In this document: positions 1 through 9,377 of the stretch, piece after piece | Layout: each line of letters opens with the position of its first letter | How positions within the stretch are numbered: the stretch's first letter is position 1 | Assembly: GCA_963555985.3 (NCBI GenBank) | Contig: OY820591.1 | Location: 736,001 to 800,000 of the forward strand | Direction: 5' to 3' | Origin: Dehalococcoidia bacterium | GTDB taxonomy: Bacteria; Chloroflexota; Dehalococcoidia; Bin125 | Length of the DNA stretch: 64,000 nt | Made by a program: the position numbers and the translations under genes | Notes under the pieces: generated by a model | Databases searched by the model: none | What the model was told of the DNA's origin: nothing | The model's input: only the letters and a program-made list of their open reading frames with translations

Positions 1-402
1 GACAACGTGGCCTACGACGCCGAGACGGTCGGCGGCAGCCGCAAGATCGAGTTGCACGTGACTTCTTCCGTTCCCGATGACGCCATGCAGAGTGAGCCGG
101 CGGACGGCGACATGCTCGAGGCCGAGGAGGACGACGGCGCGATGATGGAAGCCGCCGACGAAGATGCCATGGAGTCGTCTGAGGCTGAGGACGATGGCGA
201 CCTGATGGAGGCCGAAGACGACACCATGCAGACCGCGTCGGATGGCGACGGGGAGGAAGACTACCCCGACAGCGGCAGCGGCGGACTGCTGGAGCAGCAG
301 GGCGCCAACTGGCCGCTCGCGGTTGGCGTCACCGCCGCGCTGATGGCCGCGGTGGCCGGCGCCGCGCTGGTGATCAGCCGCCGAACGGACGGCGCGAGCT
401 AA
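1..402 (+). CDS. 3' end of a surface protein with acidic low-complexity linker and sortase-like C-terminal signal (partial)
   Basis: Frame open from base 1; D/E/M-rich repeats (DDGxMxEAE); YPDSG motif, hydrophobic helix, RR tail. Confidence 0.65.
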   Translation, partial: DNVAYDAETVGGSRKIELHVTSSVPDDAMQSEPADGDMLEAEEDDGAMMEAADEDAMESSEAEDDGDLMEAEDDTMQTASDGDGEEDYPDSGSGGLLEQQGANWPLAVGVTAALMAAVAGAALVISRRTDGAS

Positions 403-430
403 TCACATTGACCGCAGTGGTGCGGGGTTA

Positions 431-462
431 CCGCCCGCGGGGGAACACTCCCCCGTGGGCGG
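431..462. terminator. GC-rich stem-loop, possible terminator
   Basis: ccgcccgcggggga-acac-tcccccgtgggcgg inverted repeat just after the stop at 402; no clear U-tract. Confidence 0.45.
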
Positions 463-553
463 CTCCGTGTCTGCTAACCTCGCACTTGGATCTGTCCAGT
501 GATCGCGCCGATATGGTTTGGCGCAGACGAGACGCAGAAGGAATCGAGCGCCC

Positions 554-766
554 ATGCTGCTGGTGAGCCGTAAAGAGCACGAGAGCCCGGAGGCTCTGAT
601 TCGCCGTTTCAACAAGATGGTGCAGCGCGATGGGGTGTTGCAGGAGGCGCGGCGACGGCGACGGTTCATTTCCAACCGCGAGAAGCAGCGTCAGGCGGAG
701 CGCCGGGCCGCGCGGCGGCGGCGGCGCGCGATGGTCAAGACGCGCCGCCGCGTTCCGGTCATGTAG
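554..766 (+). CDS. rpsU: 30S ribosomal protein S21
   Basis: ESPEALIRRFNKMVQRDGVLQEARRRRRF pattern, basic, 70 aa from ATG 554. Confidence 0.9.
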   Translation: MLLVSRKEHESPEALIRRFNKMVQRDGVLQEARRRRRFISNREKQRQAERRAARRRRRAMVKTRRRVPVM

Positions 767-921
767 GACTTCGTCGCCGCAGCTCTTCGATCCTTCGCAG
801 ATGATCTGCGGTTGATTGTCCGCGTCCGCCACTTTACGGGACTCTGACCCAGCGCTGACGCGCCGATGATCTCGCGTCCGCGCCTGCGTGCGATGATGAG
901 GCGGCGCGGGAGGAATGCTCA

Positions 922-1626
922 GTGCCGACGATTCTGGTCGTAGACGACGAAGCCAACATCCGCGAACTCTGCGCTCTCTATCTGGAGCGAGAGGGTTTCG
1001 CGGTCGAGTTGGCCGCCGACGGCGAGGAGGCGCTGGCGGCGGCTCGTGAACGCGGCCCTGATCTGATCGTGCTCGACCTAATGCTGCCCAAACGCTCCGG
1101 TTTCGAGGTGACGCGCGAGTTGCGCAGCGATCCGGGCCCGATCCGCGACATCCCGATTCTGATGCTCACGGCGCGGTCCGAGGATGTGGACCGGATCGTG
1201 GGGCTGGAGCTGGGCGCAGACGACTATCTGGGCAAGCCGTTTCATCCGCGCGAGTTGACCGCGCGCGTGAAGGCGATCCTGCGCCGAACCAATAACGGCG
1301 CTGAGCGCGCCAGCCGAGGCCGCGTGAGCGTGGGCACGCTCACGCTCGATTGGGAACGGCACGAAGTTGTGCTCCGGGGCCGGGCCTTGCAGCTGCGCAG
1401 CAAGGAGTTCGATCTGCTCCGGCATCTGGCCGAACACGCCGGCATGGTGCTGACCCGCGAGCAGCTTCTCGAACAGGTCTGGGGCTACCAGTACTTGGGC
1501 GAGACACGCACAGTGGACGTGCACGTGAATCAGTTGCGGCGCAAGCTGTCGCCGGATGGGGAAGACCCGGGCGTGGCGATCGAGACGGTGCGGGGACTCG
1601 GCTACAAGTTGGTCACGACCGGCTAG
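922..1626 (+). CDS. OmpR/PhoB-family response regulator
   Basis: ILVVDDE, DLMLP, GADDYLGKPF, winged-helix RTVDVHV...ETVRGLGY. Confidence 0.95.
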   Translation: MPTILVVDDEANIRELCALYLEREGFAVELAADGEEALAAARERGPDLIVLDLMLPKRSGFEVTRELRSDPGPIRDIPILMLTARSEDVDRIVGLELGADDYLGKPFHPRELTARVKAILRRTNNGAERASRGRVSVGTLTLDWERHEVVLRGRALQLRSKEFDLLRHLAEHAGMVLTREQLLEQVWGYQYLGETRTVDVHVNQLRRKLSPDGEDPGVAIETVRGLGYKLVTTG

Positions 1627-1636
1627 GCGGCGCGGC

Positions 1637-3058
1637 GTGGGCGGGGGCTACGGACTGCGGCTGTTTCTCGGTTTCGCCGCGGTGGTGCTAGTGATGCTGT
1701 TAGTGTCGGGCGCGGTTTTCGTTTCCGCCTTCGGCGGCTACCGCGACCAATTCGACCGCTCCGAGCTGCGCGCCGCCGGCAATGTCTTGAGCGTGGAGAT
1801 CGCCAGACTCCTGCGAGGCTCCGCCAACTACTACGACCGCGAAGTACTGGTCACGCTGATCCGCGCTCAGGCTGATCACGCCGGACTGATCGTGATCCTC
1901 ACGGACGGCCACGGCCGCGTCCTGAGCGGCTTCGAGCCGAGGCGCTGGTTCGGTGAGGACAAGGCAGACATTGACTACATGAGCATCGTCAGCAAGGTGG
2001 GCCGGTCCGGCTGGTTCGAGACCAAGCTGCACCTGGCAGGCGAGTGGCGTCCGGCTCTGGCGCGGATTCTGGTTCACCCGGGACGGGACGGAGATCCCGG
2101 CGAAGCAGTGCTCATGGCCGTGACCTTCGGCGACGAACACAGCTTTGGCTCCCTCGATGAGCTGGTCGGGCGCCTGCTGCTATCCGGTTTGGTCGGTCTG
2201 GGGGCGGCAGTGCTGATTGCGATGATCCTCTCGAGGCAACTCAAGCGGCCTCTGGAGGCGCTGACCAGCGTGGTGCGGCGGTTTGGACCGGACCGCTACG
2301 ACGCCCGCGCCGCCGAGACCGGCCCCGCCCAAGTGCGCGATCTGGCGCGGGCGTTCAACGCCATGGCCGAGCGTGTCGCCGCTAATGAACGCGCCATGCA
2401 AGGCTTCATCGCGGATGTCTCGCATGAGTTGCGCACCCCGCTCACCTCCATTCGCGGCTTCGTGGAGGCGTTGCGCGACGGCACCGTCTCCGAACCCGAA
2501 CGGCGCGAGCACTCGCTCGATGTGATCCAGGAGGAGACGCAGCGGATGTTGCGGATGGTGGAGCAGCTACTGGATCTCTCCCGACTGGAAGCAGGACAGT
2601 ACCGGCTCCAATCCTCGCGGATCGATCTTGGAGAGTTGATCGACCATGCGCTGGCGATGTTCGAGGTGCGCGCGGAAGGGCAAGGCCTCGAACTGCACGC
2701 CGAGACTGCGCCTGCGACGCCGGTCATTGAGGCCGACTACGACCGGCTAGTGCAAGTGCTGAGCAATCTGCTCGACAACGCCCTGCGCCATACAGCCGAG
2801 GGGTCGGTGACGGTCTCGGCCAGACCGATGGACGACGGCGTGGAGCTGCGCGTCTCCGACAGCGGCGAAGGCATCGCGCCCGACGACCTGGAGCGGCTCT
2901 TCGACCGCTTCTGGCAACCGGAGTCGAGGTCCGGCCCCGGGGCCGGGCTGGGGTTGGCGATCTCGCGGGAAATCGTCAGAGCGCACGGCGGACGGATCAG
3001 CGCCGCGAGCGAGTTGGGCGTCGGCACGACGATCACGGTGTGGTTGCCTGCGGGATAA
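1637..3058 (+). CDS. HAMP-domain sensor histidine kinase
   Basis: Two TM segments, HAMP, DVSHELRTPLT H-box, NLLDNA N-box, DSGEG and GAGLGLAI; start chosen at GTG 1637. Confidence 0.92.
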   Translation: MGGGYGLRLFLGFAAVVLVMLLVSGAVFVSAFGGYRDQFDRSELRAAGNVLSVEIARLLRGSANYYDREVLVTLIRAQADHAGLIVILTDGHGRVLSGFEPRRWFGEDKADIDYMSIVSKVGRSGWFETKLHLAGEWRPALARILVHPGRDGDPGEAVLMAVTFGDEHSFGSLDELVGRLLLSGLVGLGAAVLIAMILSRQLKRPLEALTSVVRRFGPDRYDARAAETGPAQVRDLARAFNAMAERVAANERAMQGFIADVSHELRTPLTSIRGFVEALRDGTVSEPERREHSLDVIQEETQRMLRMVEQLLDLSRLEAGQYRLQSSRIDLGELIDHALAMFEVRAEGQGLELHAETAPATPVIEADYDRLVQVLSNLLDNALRHTAEGSVTVSARPMDDGVELRVSDSGEGIAPDDLERLFDRFWQPESRSGPGAGLGLAISREIVRAHGGRISAASELGVGTTITVWLPAG

Positions 3059-3186
3059 CGCTCGTCCAGCCCCCCGGTTCACTCGGAGACCCGCTTGGGC
3101 TGGGTACCGAGCAGGTCCTGAGCGAGTCAGGGGCTGAGGTTGAGCGGTTGACTTGTATCTTCGCGTTGAGCCGAGGTTGATATCCC

Positions 3187-4437
3187 ATGCTCTACTTCCA
3201 GGCTGTGCTTGGGATCGTCTTGATCATCGCTGTCGCCTGGGCGCTGAGTGAGAATCGGCGGGCGTTTCCGGTTCGGACGGCGGCGGCTGGGCTGATCGTT
3301 CAGTTTGCGCTGGCGGCTTTGCTGATCAAGGTGCCGGGGTCGCAGATTGTCTTCGAGTGGATCGGCGACGGCGTGGATGCGCTGGCGCGCTCAACCGAGG
3401 CGGGCACGACGCTGGTGTTTGGTTATCTGGGCGGTGGAACGCTGCCGTTTGAGGAGTCGTACCCGGGCGCGGCGTTCATCTTCGCCTTCCGCTCGCTGCC
3501 GGTCGTGATCTTCGTGGGCGCGTTGTCGGCGGTGCTCTATCACTACCGCGTGCTGCCCGTGATCGTGCGGGGCTTCGCCTTTGCGCTGAGCAAGACGCTG
3601 AACATCAGCGGCGCGGCCAGCTTCTCGACCGCCGCCAACGTCTTCCTGGGCATGGTCGAGGCGCCGCTGCTGGTGCGTCCGTACTTGCAGAACATGAGCC
3701 GCTCAGATCTGTTCATTGTGATGACCGGCGGGATGGCGACGATTGCGGGCACGGTCTATGTGCTGTTCTCGGTGATCCTGGACGGGATCATTCCCGATCC
3801 GGCCGGGCATTTGCTGACCGCGTCGATCATCAGCGCGCCGGCTGCGGTCGTGATCGCGCTGATCCTGATTCCTCGCGACGTCGACGCGGTGGATGAGACC
3901 AAGATCGAGTTCGCGCGGATTTACGACAACGGGATCGACGCGCTGACTCGCGGCGCGATCGATGGACTGCGTTTGTTGGCCTACATCATCGGGATGTTGA
4001 TCGTGTTCGTCGCGCTGGTGGAGTTGGCCAACATCATCCTCGGCGCATTTCCCGAGGCCGACGGTGCTGATCTGACCCTGCAACGCATCTTCGGCTGGGT
4101 TCTGGCGCCGGTCGTCTGGCTGCTGGGCATCCCCTGGTCCGACGCGGTGGAGGCGGGACAACTCTTGGGAACCAAGGTTGTGCTCAACGAACTGGTCGCT
4201 TACATCGACATGTCGAATCTGCCCGAGGGCGCGCTGAGCGAGAAGAGCGCGCTGATCATGACCTATGCGGTCTGCGGCTTCGCCAATTTCGGCAGCGTCG
4301 GGATCATGTTGGGTGGGCTGGCGGCGATCGTGCCCGAGCGCCGGGGCGAGTTGGCGCAGCTGGGCCTGAAGTCGATCATGGCGGGGACGATGGCGACCTG
4401 CATGACCGGCGCGATCGCGGGTCTGCTGTTCTGGTAG
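3187..4437 (+). CDS. Concentrative nucleoside transporter (CNT/NupC family)
   Basis: ANVFLGMVEAPL, GMATIAG, LNELVAY, CGFANFGS motifs. Confidence 0.92.
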   Translation: MLYFQAVLGIVLIIAVAWALSENRRAFPVRTAAAGLIVQFALAALLIKVPGSQIVFEWIGDGVDALARSTEAGTTLVFGYLGGGTLPFEESYPGAAFIFAFRSLPVVIFVGALSAVLYHYRVLPVIVRGFAFALSKTLNISGAASFSTAANVFLGMVEAPLLVRPYLQNMSRSDLFIVMTGGMATIAGTVYVLFSVILDGIIPDPAGHLLTASIISAPAAVVIALILIPRDVDAVDETKIEFARIYDNGIDALTRGAIDGLRLLAYIIGMLIVFVALVELANIILGAFPEADGADLTLQRIFGWVLAPVVWLLGIPWSDAVEAGQLLGTKVVLNELVAYIDMSNLPEGALSEKSALIMTYAVCGFANFGSVGIMLGGLAAIVPERRGELAQLGLKSIMAGTMATCMTGAIAGLLFW

Positions 4438-4466
4438 GCGCCCGAGCCTGCGATACGCTGCCAAGC

Positions 4467-5396
4467 ATGGATGCCCAGCAGCAGCTGACCCTTCTGGCGG
4501 CGACGATGACGCGCGACGCGCTAGTCGCGGACGGCGTGTCGGAGGTGTCGTTTGAGCCGCCGTCAGCGGGTTCGCTGAGCACGGCATTTCGCGCCAACGA
4601 CGCAGCGGGAACTCTCGCTGTCTGTCCGTTGTTCGACCTCGCTGCCTTACAGGCCGATGGCGCGACGCTGGCTCGCAAGGTGGACTTGGAGGAACGGCTG
4701 CACGCCTATGGGGCGCGGGATGTGGCGCTCTGGGTTCCGCCGGGGGCGGCACTGCCGGAGGACGCCGACCACACGGCGGGACTGATCGCCGATGCCGCGC
4801 GCGAACTGGAAGTCGGCGACAAGGGCGAGGTGACGTTCAAGGTCGATGTGGCGGTTCGCAAGACCGGCGGCGAGGGCTCGTACATGAGCGTGTTGGGCGG
4901 GCTGTCGCAGCAGTGGGCGCGGTTCACGAATCAGGTGATGGGTGAATATCAGCTCGATTCGTCCAACATCTATCGCCTGCCCGAGGACGAGGGCAAGATC
5001 ACGCAGATGGTGGATTTTCTCGTGCTGGTCGCCAACGGCATCCGCAAGGAGGGCGTGGCGACGATGGTCGCGGGCGAGGACACCTGGCGGATTCAGCGGT
5101 TGGACGGGGTTGAGGAGCCGATCGTGATCTGTGCGCCGCCGGCCTCGGTGGTCGACGGACGAGCGGTGCGGCGCTTGATGCGTCGCTCGCTGCGCGAGGC
5201 GGAGGCGGCGATCGGGGGAGCGAGCGGCTTTCGGATCGCTTCAATGATCACGCTGGCCAACAGCCTTGACCGTGAGTTGGTCAGCACGGCGCTGCGCGGG
5301 CTGGATCCGCTGCTGCTGGCGGGTTGGGACTATATGCCGCTGCTGGTCGATGGGCAGGTCAGGACGCTGCTCGAACCATCGCCGCCGCTGGCCTGA
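4467..5396 (+). CDS. Hypothetical protein
   Basis: 309-aa ORF with host-like codon usage directly after the CNT gene; no motif recognised. Confidence 0.75.
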   Translation: MDAQQQLTLLAATMTRDALVADGVSEVSFEPPSAGSLSTAFRANDAAGTLAVCPLFDLAALQADGATLARKVDLEERLHAYGARDVALWVPPGAALPEDADHTAGLIADAARELEVGDKGEVTFKVDVAVRKTGGEGSYMSVLGGLSQQWARFTNQVMGEYQLDSSNIYRLPEDEGKITQMVDFLVLVANGIRKEGVATMVAGEDTWRIQRLDGVEEPIVICAPPASVVDGRAVRRLMRRSLREAEAAIGGASGFRIASMITLANSLDRELVSTALRGLDPLLLAGWDYMPLLVDGQVRTLLEPSPPLA

Positions 5397-5431
5397 TCGT
5401 CAGCGGCGGCGGCCCGTAGGTGCTTGATGCG

Positions 5432-6667
5432 TTACGGATTCTGACCTCCCTGGCCCTGCCGGATCGAGCGCATGAACTGGAGCCAGGCGGCGGCGTTCTC
5501 GGCGGTGTAGATCTTCGTGCCGATGTAGATCTGCGCGTTGCCGATCACGTCGAGCGGGACGCCCACGCCGAAGCGCTGACGCAGCGTCGCTTCGGCGTTG
5601 ATCAGGAACTCCATTGAGGCAAGCGAGTAGAAGGCCTGCAACGCGGGGTTCGTGTTGATCGCGAACAGCATGTCGCCGGCGACGATTGCATTGAGCACTT
5701 CGAGGGTCTGGTCGAACGTGGCCAGCACGACGTCTGCGCCGGCTTCGTCGATGGCGTCGATCGCCGCCAGCCCGATTTCGGTGTTCAGCGTGATCACCGC
5801 GCCGAACGACGATGCGTCTTCCGCTCGCAAGCGCTCGGCGATCTCCTCCGTCGTCGCGGCGAGATCGCCGACGCCGGTGACGTAGAGGCGTTCAACCTGA
5901 CCGTTGGCGTAGCCCTCCTCGATGCCTTCGCAGCGTTCCACGAGGCCGATGTTGCGCTCTTCGTGGAGCACGCAGAGGACATCGCCGCTGACATCGGACT
6001 CGTGCAGCAACTCGGCGACGCGCTGACCGGCGGCTACCTCGTCGATGCTCACGTGACGCAGCGAATTGACGCTCTCGTAATCCTGGAGTCCGGAGTTGAA
6101 CGAGGCGATCAGCACTCCGGCTTGGCTCGCCTCCAGCAGCGCGTCGCGCAACGCATCGGGGTCGCCGAGCGAGGAACCGATCACCGATGCGCCGTCGGCG
6201 ACGCACTCTCGGATCATCGCCGCCTGTTGGTCCGGCGTCGCGCCGTGTTTGACCATCACGTCGTAGCCGGGTTGGCGAGCGTCCCAGACATTCGCGCCGG
6301 TCTCGAACAGATCGACCCAGAAGGCTTCATCGCCCGGCCGTCCGTGAGTGACGAGGCAGAACAGTTCTGGCTCAGGAGCCGGTGCGGCTACCGAACGATC
6401 GGCGTCTGAGGCGGAAATGGCGACGCCGTTGCTCCAATACCAGCGCCCGGGCTCGGCGTCGGTGCGCAGGAACCGCGCGTTGGGCAACTGGGTCTCGCTC
6501 CAGCCGTCCTCCCCGCGTTGCTGCACGGCGACTTCGACTCGACCGTCGTCTAGCTGCCGCGCTCCGATCCGCACTTCCGCCTCGCCGCCGCTCAGCGCCA
6601 GTACGCCTCCTAGGGCGGCGGCCATTACGACGGCTCCAGCCACAAACGCAATCGCCGTTCTCAACAT
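5432..6667 (-). CDS. Sugar-type ABC substrate-binding protein (RbsB-like) with extra N-terminal domain
   Basis: Signal/anchor helix; HGRPGDEAFW, FNSG, ERCEG, ATFD periplasmic-binding motifs. Confidence 0.8.
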   Translation of the reverse strand: MLRTAIAFVAGAVVMAAALGGVLALSGGEAEVRIGARQLDDGRVEVAVQQRGEDGWSETQLPNARFLRTDAEPGRWYWSNGVAISASDADRSVAAPAPEPELFCLVTHGRPGDEAFWVDLFETGANVWDARQPGYDVMVKHGATPDQQAAMIRECVADGASVIGSSLGDPDALRDALLEASQAGVLIASFNSGLQDYESVNSLRHVSIDEVAAGQRVAELLHESDVSGDVLCVLHEERNIGLVERCEGIEEGYANGQVERLYVTGVGDLAATTEEIAERLRAEDASSFGAVITLNTEIGLAAIDAIDEAGADVVLATFDQTLEVLNAIVAGDMLFAINTNPALQAFYSLASMEFLINAEATLRQRFGVGVPLDVIGNAQIYIGTKIYTAENAAAWLQFMRSIRQGQGGQNP

Positions 6668-6768
6668 GGCACTCTCCCGTCATAAAATGAGTCCAAAGCT
6701 CACATTCTGTCCATGATAGACGAGGGCAAGTGAGATGATACGCACGCGACGCGCGTTACCGCCGTCGC

Positions 6769-8868
6769 TCAGGCTCGCTCGATGATGGTGACCTGACCGC
6801 TGGAGCCGTCCACCCGCAGCAGATCGCCCGAACGAATCTGTTGCGTCGCCTTCTGCACGTTGACCACCGCCGGGATGCCGAATTCGCGGGCGACGATCGC
6901 GCCGTGACTGAGGACGCCGCCGATTTCGGTGACGACGGCGGCGGCGAGCGGGAAGATCGGCGTCCAGCCGGGGTCGGTGAAGCGGGCGACGAGGATCTGG
7001 CCGGGTGTCAGCTCGCGCCCGGCGGCGGCAGAGTCGGCGACGTGAGCGCGGCCTTCGGCCTCGCCGTTGGATGCGGCGATGCCTCTCAGGGTGAGCGGCA
7101 AGCGGACTTCCTGCTCGGCTTCGGGCGCTGGCGCGCTGAGCGGCTGCTCAAGCTGCCTGTCGGCTGCGCTGACGATCGGATCGCCGAAGCGATCGCGCAA
7201 GGGCGGCGCCGGCGATTGCTTCCATTGCGCGAATTGCAGCTTGCGGCGGCGAATGCGGCTGCCCATTCGGGCGGCGACGAGCGGATCGGTGGAGCGGCGG
7301 GTGAGGGTGGCGAGCTCGTCGAAGAGCAGGTAGTAGACGTCGTCGGGATCGTCGATCAGGCCGCGCTCGATCCAGCGCCCGGCGAGTTCCCGCCACAGAC
7401 GGCGCTGTTGCAGCGAGAGTTCGAGCAGCGTGAATTTGGGGTTCTCGCGCAGCGGTTGCAAGCGTCGAGCCTGCGTGATCTGCGCCCGGAACAGCGGCCA
7501 ACGCAGCCATCCCAGCGGATGACGGTAGAGGCGCTCTTTGATCTCGCGCTCGGCCTCGCGCCGCGCCGTGTTCTGCCGTTCGATCATCTCGTCGGGGTTG
7601 TTGCCTTCAGGATTGAGCACATAGTCGCGGAAGGTGTCGAGGATCAGCTCGGGCCGTTCGACCCAGCGAGGTTCGGCGGCTTCGATCTCGCCGGCGGCGC
7701 GGTGGCCGTATTCGGCCATGAAGCTGTCGAGCTCGCTGCGCAGCCAATGCAGTTGCTGGGGGAGTCGGTCGCTCTGCAGGGCGGGCCAGAGCCCGGCGGC
7801 GTCTTGTTGGCGGACAAACTCCCGGGCGCTTTGGTCATAAGACGCCCGCTGCGCGATGCGGCGGAGCGCGATGTTGCCCTCCTGGGTGCGAACGCCCGGC
7901 AGTCCCTGCATGACCGAGAGCACTAGATTGTGACGGTTCGATCTCAGCCAGCGTTCGTTGGCCCAGAGCAGGCCCTGGGCGGCGCTGAAGACCGCCGACT
8001 GACAGCGCATCAAGAACAGCGTCTGTCGTTCGCTTTCCGCGCCCGAGCGCGAGAGTTCGCGGAAGATGTCGCGTTCGGACAGGGTGGAAGCGTCTAGCGC
8101 TTTGAGCCGGTCGCGTTCCGCTTCAGCCGATGCGCGTTCGAGCGGCCAGCGCTTCGGGAGTCGATCTTGGTCGCGCATCCAGCGAAGCATCATCGGAAGC
8201 TGGCGCAGCATCTTGGACCATTGGATCTTGGTAGATCGATCTCCATTGCGGTTGGGTTGCACTAACTCCGCCGCTTCCGGGCCGCCCACCGCTTCGAGGA
8301 AGTGCACTCCCGTCAGGCCCATCCGCTGCTGGATCAACTCCAGCATCAGGCCGATGTTGAAGTAGGCGTAGCCGTCGTAGAGCGCGACGAAGCGGCGTCC
8401 GTCGGTCCAGTCGCCCCAGGGCGCGTGGAAGCCGCGGTCGAGGGCGTCGGCGATCACGGACCAGCTGAGCGGGGTCATCACGTTGGGGATGACTTCGCCG
8501 GCGTTGGCGCGAGACCAGCGATCGAAGGAGTGCGGCGTGTGGGGCAGGCCGCGGCCCGGTCCGCCGCCCCAAGGCAGGGGCTCGTCGATCAGGCGGGCGT
8601 CGTAGCTATCGACGTTCTCGCCGTAGCTGCGCCAGCGCACGGCGACCGGTCCGCCGAGTTCGAGTTCGGACTCGAGCACGCGCTCGCGGAGCGCGCTGAG
8701 CAGTTGCGGATCGCCGCCCTGCGTGAGCCGGAGTGCGCCCCGCCGAGGGATGCTGAGCGAATGCGCGTGCGCGCCCTCGAAATCGATCCGCAGGGCGGAG
8801 AGCTGGTAGCCCCTGGGGTCTTCGGACCAGGCGATGCCGCCCTCGGTCTCGCGCGCTCGCTCAGTCAT
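6769..8868 (-). CDS. PEP-utilizing mobile-domain phosphotransferase (rifampin phosphotransferase-like, no ATP-grasp domain)
   Basis: WSRANAGEVIPNVMTPL, YGHR..GEIE...PRW, C-terminal TDPGWTP and SHGAIVAREFGIPAV. Confidence 0.85.
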   Translation of the reverse strand: MTERARETEGGIAWSEDPRGYQLSALRIDFEGAHAHSLSIPRRGALRLTQGGDPQLLSALRERVLESELELGGPVAVRWRSYGENVDSYDARLIDEPLPWGGGPGRGLPHTPHSFDRWSRANAGEVIPNVMTPLSWSVIADALDRGFHAPWGDWTDGRRFVALYDGYAYFNIGLMLELIQQRMGLTGVHFLEAVGGPEAAELVQPNRNGDRSTKIQWSKMLRQLPMMLRWMRDQDRLPKRWPLERASAEAERDRLKALDASTLSERDIFRELSRSGAESERQTLFLMRCQSAVFSAAQGLLWANERWLRSNRHNLVLSVMQGLPGVRTQEGNIALRRIAQRASYDQSAREFVRQQDAAGLWPALQSDRLPQQLHWLRSELDSFMAEYGHRAAGEIEAAEPRWVERPELILDTFRDYVLNPEGNNPDEMIERQNTARREAEREIKERLYRHPLGWLRWPLFRAQITQARRLQPLRENPKFTLLELSLQQRRLWRELAGRWIERGLIDDPDDVYYLLFDELATLTRRSTDPLVAARMGSRIRRRKLQFAQWKQSPAPPLRDRFGDPIVSAADRQLEQPLSAPAPEAEQEVRLPLTLRGIAASNGEAEGRAHVADSAAAGRELTPGQILVARFTDPGWTPIFPLAAAVVTEIGGVLSHGAIVAREFGIPAVVNVQKATQQIRSGDLLRVDGSSGQVTIIERA

Positions 8869-8872
8869 GCAA

Positions 8873-9184
8873 TCAGCCTATACAACGGCATGGCCAACTG
8901 CTGAGAATTTTGGCGTTCGTCAGCCCAGGCTCGAGCTGGAATCTCGCTTCCGTGTCGCCGGATCCGGTTCGCTCGCTTCCGCCGTTCGGGGGCTGACTGC
9001 GCTGCGACGGGAGAGTTGGGGACAACGACTGGTGTTTGAGTGTTTGATGGCTAGGGAACAAGTCTCTCTGCTCTGTTCGAGCTGCTGAGAGAAGTGCGGA
9101 AGTGCCGGTTTCTCCAGGAGATCGTGACTTTTGAGGTGGATAGAAGTGGATAGTTTTGGATGGTCTTGGATAGTCGGTGATCAT
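8873..9184 (-). other. Low-GC ORF of doubtful coding status, with SD and 10-bp repeats at its 5' end
   Basis: aaaggga upstream of ATG 9184; TGGAT at 9137/9147/9157/9167 on + strand. Confidence 0.3.
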
Positions 9185-9212
9185 GGCGGCTTGTCCCTTT
9201 CTGCCTTCTAAT

Positions 9213-9226
9213 GAAACTAAAGTTCT
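9213..9226. promoter_or_regulatory. Candidate LexA (Gram-positive/Chloroflexi-type) box
   Basis: Minus strand AGAAC-TTTA-GTTTC, one mismatch to GAAC-N4-GTTC, in an AT-rich promoter-like patch. Confidence 0.45.
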
Positions 9227-9377
9227 TTATTCATATCCGGTCGGAGCGTGATTGAGGAGGGAGAACAGAGACTGTCACCCGGGTCTCAGAGCGCGGTCGG
9301 CACCTGGCGGCGCCGTGATCTGCGATGATGACCGCTCCGATCGCCATCATGGGATTCCGAGTTTCGAGGAGGGGAAG

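Noticed and set aside
3060-3186. Structured ncRNA or riboswitch before the nucleoside transporter
   Set aside because: Only a weak hairpin; no purine-riboswitch or tRNA signature recognised
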